Source: Podarcis gaigeae (Eukaryota). From it: 64,000 bases of DNA. Position numbers and translations under genes: made by a program. The DNA is taken from the NCBI GenBank assembly GCA_964106915.2, contig OZ066921.1. One strand, written 5' to 3'. Of the stretch, positions 38,201 to 47,711 are shown one piece after another (position 1 is the stretch's first letter; every line of letters begins with the position of its first letter). The notes under the pieces are model-generated. The model ran no database searches, was not told the origin of the DNA, and was given only the letters and a program-made list of their open reading frames with translations.

Positions 38201-41200
38201 CTTACACCGAGTCAGACACTTGGTCCATCTAGCTCAGTATCGTTGACACTGACTGGCAGCAGCAGCTCTCCAGAGTTCCAGACAGATAATACTCCCAGTC
38301 CTGCCTGGAGATACCAGGGATTGAACCTGAGATCTTTTATTTAAATGCACAAAGAAATTTTGAAATGCCAGCACTCGTTGCCAGTTGTCTTCCTGGCCCA
38401 AATTATGGTGCTTAAACTGACACATAAAGCCCCAATTGGCCTGGAACCAATATTTGAAGCAGAGGGCGGCATCCTAATGGCCCCTGCATTAGATGAGGCA
38501 CCTCATAACCCCACCACTTCTACTGCTAATTCTCGCCTGTCGCCTGTAGGGCAGCCAGTATTAAAGAACCCTCTTTACACCCTGCATAGAGGTCTGGTGA
38601 GGCAGAGGCAGGAGAGATGCACTGGAACAAAAGAGCCTGCCTTACGTCAAGTCAGACTATCAGTATATCTAGCACAGTATCCTCTGCACTAAGTGGCGGT
38701 GGCTTTCAGGGCCCGTCTTACCCATAGGTGCTAGGGGTGCGGGGCACCCGGGCGCCAGGCTCTCAGGGGTGCCAGGCCAAGAGTCGGGGGCCCAAGGGCT
38801 GAGTTCAGGGAAGAGTCTGCACATTGGTCGGAGCGCTGCAGGGGGCTCTTCTGCTGCAGGCGGCTCTGCGCCGCGAGTTTGGGGGTGACCGAGCCAGTGA
38901 GACGCTGAGGTGGACAGCCAGCTCCGCCCTCCTGCGCACCCCGTCACATATGCTTAAGACAGCCCTGGTGGCTCTCCAAGGTTTACTGACAAGAGCCTGT
39001 TAGAGCAGGCCAGAGGCCCATCTAGTCCAGCATCTTCTCCTAGCAGGTGCCTCTGGGAAGCTCACAAGGAGGCCATCTGAGCAAGAGCACTCTCCCCATC
39101 TGTGGTTGCCAGCAGCCGGCATCCAGAGGCCTGCGTTTTTCTGACAGGGGTCTCTCCCAGTCCTGCCTGGAGATGTCAGGAAATGAACCCTTGACCTTCT
39201 ACATGCAAAGCTACAGCTTTTTCCTGGAAGAACACATTTGCTCTACGTCCTAGGCGTTTTGATCTGTCCTGAGAATACTCTCCACCTTAAAGAGAGTTAG
39301 TTCTAATCTCAGCAGAATCAAAAGCAACGGCAGGGTCGCCATCTAGTGGGGAAACAGTAGCAAGTCATTCTGACAGCATGCACATTAAAAAAAAAAAAAA
39401 TCTGTGAAGTCTGCAATTCTGCGCACACTTGCCTGGGTCTCCAACTCACTAAAACCAATAGGGACTTAAATTGGGAGAGTCAGTGAGAAGACCCTGGACA
39501 AAATGTGGTGTTGGGTGCAAAATTTCATCTTCCCCAGAAGTTCATGTGACTCTTGTTAGTGAAGACAGGCTTGAAAGAGAGAGAGTCAGGGGAGAGGAGC
39601 ATCAGGCACAGAGAGAACATATGGCCCTCCAGGTCCCTCTCTCCGGCCCTTGGGACTCTTAACAGGCCACACCCACTCTCCATGGGCCATGTCCCTCACT
39701 GGCCCTGCTAAGCAAAAACATGTGCTTGAACTCTAACAAAGCTTCTTGCTTGCATGTATGGTTGTGGAGGAATCATGCTACTGTGCAAAAGTAAAATTCA
39801 CTTGCATTGTTCCACTTTTGCCCCTGGAAAACGGCCCCTGATCGGCAACCTCAGCAGGGAAGGCAGCCTTCTGGCAGGAACCACCACCAACCCTCCTGCC
39901 CAGCGAAGGGAAAGCCAGCTAAAATCTTTGAAGAATAGTGGGAGAATGAGATTTCCAGGAGCCATGGAAATATGGTAAATTGCACGCTTTGCCCAATTTA
40001 TACAAATGATCCAGCTTTTGTTGGCAAAGAATTTGGGTTGTCTAGATACAGAATTTTTTAGACAATAGTTTTTAAACAGGATGAACAGGATGTGCACAGA
40101 GCCTTGCCCCATAGCACCTGCCAGAGGAGCAGGGTTGAGATTTTGTGAAATGTGAGCTATAGGCTGAAAGACATTGGGTCAACAGCCATTCTTACCTTGA
40201 AACTGTGGTTTAACCACCCAGGAACACGATGAAAAACCACCAAAGACGTAGCCATCGGTGTCCTTCAGAACCAGCACGCAGGGCCCCTGGTTGACAATGT
40301 GCCCACACAGCTGCGTAAAGCTCTCACCGTGAACCTGGGAGGCAAAGAGGAGCCTCCATTTGTGCTGGAGCTCGGAAGGCAGGTGAGAGTTGATGTAGGT
40401 GATGGACGGGATGTTGAGGAGGCTGACGAAGCGGCTGCCTCTGACCCCCTGGCACTCCGGAAGCAAAGTGAAGGTCTCCTGCTCTTGGTCCGGGAGGGAG
40501 TGCAGGATGAGCAGCCCCTGCTGGACGACCACAGTGAGGAAAGCAGAGACCTGTGGAACCCGGAAGACCCAATCCTCAATGCTGCTTTCGTCACAGACAG
40601 CGTCCAGCGCCTGACCACCCTCAAGCCTCTTCCCATCTGCAGCAAGAAACAAAAGTTAGAGGTAAGTAGCACCAGGAAACCTGGTAAGGTCCAAAGGAGC
40701 CACTGCCAAACCTGACCACTGGATCCAAGGGCTTTTAAATGGATTAGGACTAACGGACAGAGGAGGAAAGGTCTATTAGTAGCTATGTTGTATTCCAGAG
40801 GCAGGAAACCCCATGCTCAAGAGCCAAATGCAGCTCTCTGAGCCTCTCTGTCTCCCAAGCCACAAACCCTATGGAGCTCACAATGGCCACCAACCACTGC
40901 CAGGGCCTACGGCTAAATCAAAGCGAAAACGGACATTCCACCACTCACCTGCCGATTTCAACTCCGACACTAACTGAGATGCCAAAGCTTTTATTCCTGT
41001 GGTTGAATTCTGCACATTCTTCAAGTTCCAGCCCTTCAGCATCTTCCTGTAGCTCAGGACGTGAACCACAGAGCCAACCAGATCCTCTGCAAACTTCAAG
41101 AGTTTAAATTTTTTTTTTCCTACGTGGAGTGCTTAAATGGCAGATGCACACAAAAAAAGGAACAGACCTCCTAACGAGGGCAGAAATTAATACTTAGAAA

Positions 41201-43480
41201 AGGATACCAACAGGGACTAGTACGATACGAATAACTACAGCTTCCGTATCTGGCACTGGAGAAAGACAGCAGTGGCTGAGCATCTGCCTTCCTTTCCTTT
41301 TGCTAAATTTGCGGGCAATTCCTGGCTTCTAGGTATTGATTCCTGGCTTCCCAGTCTTGGTTCCCACATGCATCACCTTGCCCCATTTCTGCTCCAGTCC
41401 CTCTTCCTCTCTCTTATAGGCAAATGGAACACACTGGGTTTTTTCTCTTCTTACCTCAATGATCTGACTTCCCTTCACGGTGCTGTCCGTGTTCGATATC
41501 ATTTTCATGACGATGCCTTTCTTTTCCTCAGCGTTGCCTTTGAGGAGTGCCGACATGAAAATGACAAACTGCTCCTTCCCCACCTGCCCGTTGGACCCAG
41601 GAGACTTCTCGGACACAGGGATGCTCTTCATCCCATTGTACAGCCGGACGACCATTGATTCAGGGAGGGCCTCCTTGACGTGGGCCTAGAGATAGACGGA
41701 AACGCAATAGGGAAGTTCAACCATCCAGAAGGAACAAGCTGTCTCCAAAGTGGCAGGAGCTCACTCTGCACCAAAGGCAATGCATCCTAATGCCAAGGAA
41801 GGGCCACCTCTCCTCTGGCTCCCCTCGCTGTTTGTCTCTTTGTTGAGCCAACAGGCAAAAGGAACAAGCCAGCCGCTCGTTACACATTCAGCAGGCCAGG
41901 GATACTTTCACATTTTGGATTTCTACCTCTGGAAATCGGCTCTTAACTGGCTTGGGAAAAGGCTTCCCACCCACCACTCTGAGCCACAGTTTGATCTGGT
42001 ATAAGGCAGTTTCCCAGGCTCCTTTCTGGATAGCTCGGTTGATTCAAGCATGGTGTCCCGAAGTCGAAGGTTTGATCCCCGTATGGGACAGCTGCATATT
42101 CCTGAATTGCAAGGGGTAGGATTAGGTGATCCTCCAACTCTACAATTCTATTATTATCAGGCTGCAGCAACTATACTTTTTAATTATTTGCGTGTTAAAA
42201 TTCTATCCCACTCTCTTCCCAAAGGACAGCAAGCCACAAAGCAACATAAACTGCAGGTATGCTGGATTAACAGTCAATACAAACTAATTCCCAGGATTTG
42301 CCAGATGGGGAAGAAGCCACAGTGGCTCAACTTAAAGAAAGCCAGAAGGCTTTTTGTTTTTTATTTATTGCATTTATATCCCACCTTTTCCTCCAAGAAG
42401 TTGGAAGGTGCTGAACATGGTTCTCCCCCTCCCCATTTAATCCCCACAACAACCCTGTGAGGTGGGTTAGGCTGAGAGGCAGCCACCGGCCCAAGGTCAC
42501 CCAGTGAGCTCCATGGCCGAGTGGGGATTTGAACCCTGGTCTCCCAGGTCCTTAGACTGACACTCTAACAACTACGCCACCACTCCGGCTACATTGATCT
42601 CCCTCTCCCTAACTCCCCCTGCACCTGTCCCCTTTCTATTTCTTATTTCTTTAAAAGTAATCAGTACAGTATCACTCATGCAACCCACTCAAATGTGCTG
42701 CAGCTCATTACTGGGAGACCAATGCATGATATCAGGGGTGGGAAGCCAGTGTTTTCCATTATCACTAACTATTGGACATGCTAGCTGGGGCTGATGGGAG
42801 TTGGGAGTCCAACAACATCTGAAAAGCTACAGGTTCTCCACCTCTGTGTAAGAGCATCCTCTGTAAAACAACATCACCACTACAAGCCCTGTCTATGAAT
42901 ATAGGAATTTGCATTATACCAAGAACTCCATCTAGCTCAGTATTGCCTGCACTGATTGGCAGCAGCTCTCCAAAGTATCAGGAGGGGCAGGGGGGCTTTC
43001 CCAGCCCTACCTGGAGATGTCAGGGATTGAACCTGGGACCTTCTGAATGCAAAGCAGATGCTCTACCATAGAGCTGCAACCCTTCCACTGCAGAGTGGCC
43101 AGAAGACTGAGACAAAGCTCAAGGAATCAAATCTTGCCGCTGCTGTGAATTCAGTAGCTGACTTTAAGCAATTTGTTTAAGGTCATCTGCACTATGCAGG
43201 GCTGCTGCAAATATTACAATAGGACCATGACCACAAAGTGCTGCGAACACAAAGAAAATTATCTGGAAAGGCTAAGCATGCTAATGGTCAACCAAGTTTT
43301 GTTTCTTGCCTTGAGCATCGTCAGAGTCACACCCTTCTTGGCTGGTTTGCCCCCCTTTCCTCCGACAGCCTCCCCCGGCCCGGATAAGGCAACGAAGACG
43401 CTGTCAATGTCGGCTTGTTCATCAGGAAGGAACCTCGAGAGGTGCTTCTGGTAATGGCTGCTGCTTTCCACGTTCCCCAT
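35166..43480 (-). CDS. MEAK7: MTOR-associated protein MEAK7 (TLDc domain-containing protein 1), complete spliced CDS span, 7 coding exons, 470 aa
   Basis: Exons 171+231+145+441+119+180+126 = 1413 nt in phase. N-terminal MGNVES myristoylation-type motif. TLDc domain motifs WRLLF..HGESF..., GYVFGGF, CFLFS, YMYLN, GLGMGG, FGLWID, EVWAVG. C-terminal KSILDADPEAQALLE matches MEAK7 (recall). Confidence 0.95.
36356..36696 (-). mobile_element. Sauria SINE, near full length
   Basis: Reverse-complement match to 20480-20827; lies ~40 bp from the MEAK7 donor at 36737. Confidence 0.88.
36738..36917 (-). CDS. MEAK7: MEAK7 coding exon 6 (GMGGQHEYFGLWIDS...EVWAVGDLPESAA)
   Basis: cctag|GGC ... GCC|gtaagt, 180 nt. 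Confidence 0.94.
38001..38119 (-). CDS. MEAK7: MEAK7 coding exon 5 (GNNGCFLFSVSPSLEVFTYTGYNDHYMYLNHGQQTMPNGL)
   Basis: tacag|GC ... CTT|gtaagt, 119 nt. Confidence 0.94.
38707..38967. mobile_element. GC-rich hAT MITE nested in a tRNA-SINE
   Basis: TIRs CAGGGCCCGTCTTA / TAAGACAGCCCTG; 8-bp TSD GTGGCTTT / GTGGCTCT. Confidence 0.82.
39336..39349 (-). promoter_or_regulatory. Candidate CTCF site CCACTAGATGGCGA in MEAK7 intron
   Basis: Near-consensus CTCF core (CCACYAGRKGGCR) with retained CpG in non-repeat context. Confidence 0.5.
40196..40636 (-). CDS. MEAK7: MEAK7 coding exon 4 (DGKRLEG...WVVKPQFQ), start of TLDc domain
   Basis: tgcag|AT ... G|gtaaga, 441 nt. Confidence 0.94.
40949..41093 (-). 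CDS. MEAK7: MEAK7 coding exon 3 (FAEDLVGSVVHVLSYRKMLKGW...ELKSA)
   Basis: tgaag|TTT ... G|gtgagt, 145 nt; weak acceptor (see findings). Confidence 0.87.
41455..41685 (-). CDS. MEAK7: MEAK7 coding exon 2 (AHVKEALPESMVVRLYNGM...SQIIE)
   Basis: tctag|GCC ... GAG|gtaaga, 231 nt. Confidence 0.93.
42027..42152 (+). mobile_element. Decayed tRNA(Ile)-like SINE with CR1-type tail
   Basis: TAGCTCGGTTG...GGTTTGATCCCCGTATGGG head followed by CCAACTCTACAATTCTA tail. Confidence 0.5.
42358..42582 (-). mobile_element. Older Squam3/MIR-like CORE SINE with (TAAA) tail
   Basis: tRNA-like head and CORE; related decayed copies at ~29473-29718 (+) and ~59759-59981 (-). Confidence 0.65.
42900..43086 (-). mobile_element. 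tRNA(Ala)-derived SINE
   Basis: Reverse-complement match to 63761-63947. Confidence 0.7.
43310..43480 (-). CDS. MEAK7: MEAK7 first coding exon (MGNVESSSHYQKHLSRFLPDEQADID...LTMLK); exon begins at 43503
   Basis: Acceptor ttgtag|GAT at 43503; ATG at 43480; donor AAG|gcaaga (GC-type). Confidence 0.88.
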
Positions 43481-45001
43481 CTTTTCCAGCAGATGGTGGA
43501 ATCCTACAAGGATGAGGAAAGGGAAAAAGAAAGAGACAAGCATGAAAACGGCGGCAGGGCTCAGAAGGTACCAGTCCCAAGCGGTGTTTCAGGAACAACC
43601 AGAAAAAACCACCAAAATGGGGGCACTGCCAAGTTGCAGCAGTGGGGGGAGAAGCAGACGGTTCAAAGTCATTTTGCAAAAGCACAAAGGCTTCAGGGTC
43701 CTGATCAAAATGGAAAAAACAATATGGTTAAACAATCAATTTGGCTCATGAAGAATTACTAACGCCTGGCTGCAAATTGAAATCTATTAGAAAGAGTCAA
43801 ATGACCCAACAGCTCAGGGAAGCATGAGGGCTGAAGGCTGAAAAGTAATTCTGCATGTAGTATGTGACCAACTCTGTATGTGTGTGTGTGTGTGTGTGTG
43901 TTTGTGTGTGCGCACACATGAGAGAGACTGCAACAACTAAGCGCCAAAGAAGATCCCTTCAGGATCAGGCTAATGGCCCATCTAGTCCAGCATCCTACTC
44001 TCACAGCAGCCAACCAAATGCCTGTGCGAAGCCCTCAAACAGGATCCAGACACAGGAGCTTTCTCCCCTCCTGTGGTTTCTAGCAACTGCTATTCAGAAG
44101 CATTACTGCCTTTGGCCATGGGGGAAGCATAGCTATAATGGCTAGTTGTCATTGATAGCCTTATTCTCCATGAATTTTGTCTAATCCTCTTTCAAATCCA
44201 TCCAAGTTGGTAACCATCACTGCCTCCTGCTAACTTGAGAAAAGAATCTGCTCACCTTCCAAAATGCCCCAAAGATGAATGTTACAGAAAAGGCCCGGAA
44301 GACTGGAAGCCACAAGGTTGTAGACTGCCAAATATTGGCTTGCAATGCTATACTAAAAGACCACAAGAACCCACCCCAAAGAATATGCAGGAATCCACTG
44401 ATATTGCATAAAACACTCCTTTGGAAGTGATGTAAAACCTGTAACGGCATGTTGCAAAAGGTGCCTAGAAAGTAGGAACTCCTCATGACAGTCTGAGCAT
44501 CATCATCATCATCATCATCATCATCACTGATTTGCATAGAAAAAGCCCAGAAGCGGAATGTTCTTTGTCAATAATTTTGATACATTTTAAGAGAAATTTT
44601 AAGCAGTTAACAAAAATATAAAACAATCAATTGGGATATACATTTTGTTAAATAAATAAGTTGACTGTGTCGACAAAGGGGTGTCTTTTTAAAACCATCT
44701 TCAGAAATCAGCCTTCAGAAATCATGCTTCAGCTGCAAGCTTTCAAGCGCTCTCTCTTCATTCCTTTGAGTAATCCCATTGGGACATAATGAAAGAAATA
44801 TTCCCAGCAGCATCAAACACACACGCCCCAAGCTCCCACTCTCTTGAGGTCAGGAGCGTAAATGAAAGCCTTTTTTAAAACCAAGTGTGAAACATGAGTG
44901 CTTTTCATTAAACGAGCCGCAGTGACGGAAATACAAATTAACGATCAAAGCCCAACAAGTATGAATTATTCACAAAGCGCAGCTACCTAAACCTGTCAGA
45001 G

Positions 45002-45034
<33 letters not shown>

Positions 45035-45949
45035 CGTTATCAGGAGCAACAGAAATACGTTTTGTCATCAAACAGGATGAACATTAATCTGTTCTTGTTT
45101 AGGGCAATCAAGCCAGCACTCCCATATGACATTCAGATCAGGACAATGAGACAGACGAGGAAGTGCTTCAGCTTAGAGCTGTAACCAGCTCTGTCCAATT
45201 CAGAATATATCCACTGAAATAAATAGCCCTAAGTTAGCCATGTCCAGTAATTTCAGTTGGCCTACTGTGAGTAGGACTGAGTTGTATACAACATCAGGTG
45301 GGGAGAAGCACACTACTGAACACCTAGTAGCCATCAATAGACTTCTCTTTGCTCATCTCTTATTTTCAACAAAATGCTGCAAATGCAGAGGTGGGATCTG
45401 GGTTCAAATCTTGGTACGTGGATAAAAAATCAACCAAGTAAGGAAGGAGCAAGATCCAAGTGCAGGAAACAGAACACATTTCCCCCCCTTTGACCTCATA
45501 AGCTGACTGTTGCAGCAACTGCTAAGTGTTGCAATTTACTGTTAACTTTAAGCACCACTTGGTGGAAAAGAAGGTTGCAAGCCATGATGTATCTTCACAT
45601 TATTCATTCAGCTATTTAAACAATTTCTATACTTCTGAACTACAATCGTCTGCAATGGGTGATTTATGAATTCATAATTAAAACCACTCAGTTACTTTTG
45701 AATTACAATGAATGAATTGTTAATGATTAACATTATTAATAATGAAATAAATATGCTTCATTCCCAGCCTCTGTGATATACAGAGAGAGAAGTATATATA
45801 TATATATATAACTCTTTACAGTATTTAAAAAATATATATACTATATAACTAGTCTCTAACATAATATGTGCATGTATAAAAGATAAAACACATACATACC
45901 CTCAATTATACTCAGGTTCCCCAATTCATAATCAGTGACGTCCTCATTG

Positions 45950-46700
45950 ATAGTCACACGTGCCACGCCCCCTTATTAATATTAATATAGGCCACGCCCC
46001 CTCGTTACTATTCATATTTGAAACCCGCACCCCACCCCGAAAATATCCTCACTTGTCGGCGACGGTTCCTCAGGCGTGGACGCTCCCCGGACGGCCGATG
46101 TTCCTCAGCGGCGTCTCCTCATTCCCGCGGCAGCGCCAGCACCGCCGCCACTCTTGGCCTCTGGGGAGGCCTTCCCTTGAAGTACCGCCCCGCTGGCCGT
46201 TTGACTGACAGAACGCTCAGCCAATAGGGGACGCCGAGCTTTGCGCAGAGGCGGCTACTAAGGTCGGCATCATCGCCGCCGTCCGCGTTCTGTACTGCAT
46301 CATCAAATCGACAGACTTGGCATAGAGAGAGAAAAAGCAAGAGTGGGTGGAGCGTGCTCGCGAGAGTGATGCTACATGGGCTCCTCCTCCTGCCATTCAC
46401 ATATCTATGGTGCCCTTCCCCCGCTATGCAGTGTCCTGGGAGTTAAAACGGAAAAGAGTTCGACCCTAAGCGGGCAGTTCTGATAAAAAACAGAAAGGGT
46501 GGACGACTCTCTATTTTAATCTCTATTTTGAGGTGAAGGCCGGGATGTGTTCTCTCTCGCGGGAACTTCCTTCTAGGTGTCCCGCCCTCTTTTGTGGTCC
46601 TAGCCAATGGGAGCGTTCGTGGAGCAGCGGGAGAACAATTAAAGGCACTGGTGAATTATGGGTTCGATTCCCGGGTGCGCTTGGACAGTCATACTAGCAC
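45950..46700. promoter_or_regulatory. CpG island / MEAK7 promoter with probable non-coding exon 1 (minus-strand donor CAA|gtgagg, exon end 46053)
   Basis: Only extended non-repeat CpG-rich stretch in the window, 2.5 kb upstream of the MEAK7 ATG exon; contains CCAAT boxes (46221, ~46605), GC boxes, CTCGCGAGA (46357-46365) and GCGGGAA. Confidence 0.75.
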
Positions 46701-47675
46701 CAAAAAAGAAACTGGGTGGCATTTCTTGACGTTTTTACCTGGCTTCAACCTGACTAATGCATACATTGCCACTGTTAGCACAATATGACATGTGAGGTTG
46801 GGCAAGAGTTACAGACACCTATTGCAAGCTGTCAATCATGCAGTAATTAACTGGCACATTTCGAGCACATGATTTCACCCTCGCTGCTACAGTTCCCAGC
46901 GTCCTAACTATTGTTCCCATAACTCTTTTGGTGGGGGGAGTCATGTGCTTCAAATGTGCATTGGGTGTGTGTTAAATGTATGGTGTGGATCTGCCTGTGG
47001 TGCCTTTCGGCAAGCCCGAAGTTAAAACCAGCATTTTGAATGGAGGCTGGCCTCAAATTAGAGGTGTTAAAATTAGGTGTCTCGTCACCTGGTTTCCATC
47101 AACTCTTTGCCTGCAGCATCCGGCATCAGCTGCACATTCTGAACAATCTTCACAGGCAGCCCCACATAAAGCATGTCACAGTAATCCAGTCTAGGTAGTA
47201 CCACAGCTGCTTTGATGTGTACAGATCCCCTGACGCAACATGATCCCAATGTCCACAAGGTGGCAGTGGGATATTTATTACCATCAATGCACAACCTAGT
47301 GCAGGAACTGGACTCTTTCAGCATATATTTAGTCACTTAGTATTTAGACACTTAGCCATTTCTTTTATTTTAATGAAAGCTGGAAATCTATGGAAGCTGA
47401 ATACAGTACAGCAATCTGTGTGTTTTTTTTTGTTTTGTCCTGCATTCCTGCAAAATTGTGGTACTGTATCTTACAGGCGGATGTGGGCCTATGTTTTTCC
47501 ACCCTCTTTTCAAATGGAAGGCAAAAATGTGAGGGGTCGGAGAGAGAAGAAGGGGAAAATTAATTGGTGCTCAAACCATCCATCACTGCTTAAAAACTAG
47601 CCAATATATTTCATCTGTTCTTCCTCTCCATCTAGCCTGATGTAGAATTCTGAACACTCCAAAGCTTACATAAGG

Positions 47676-47680
<5 letters not shown>

Positions 47681-47710
<30 letters not shown>
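47681..47710. repeat. (GAT)10 microsatellite
   Basis: Direct read; a similar (ATC)n run lies at ~44498-44525. Confidence 0.9.

Positions 47711-47711
<1 letters not shown>

Noticed and set aside
40265-40715. Several long alternative-frame and antisense ORFs over MEAK7 coding exon 4
   Set aside because: Expected by-product of a long GC-rich coding exon
42027-42095. tRNA-Ile-like sequence
   Set aside because: Anticodon arm is deleted or degenerate and it runs into a CR1-type tail; SINE head, not a tRNA gene
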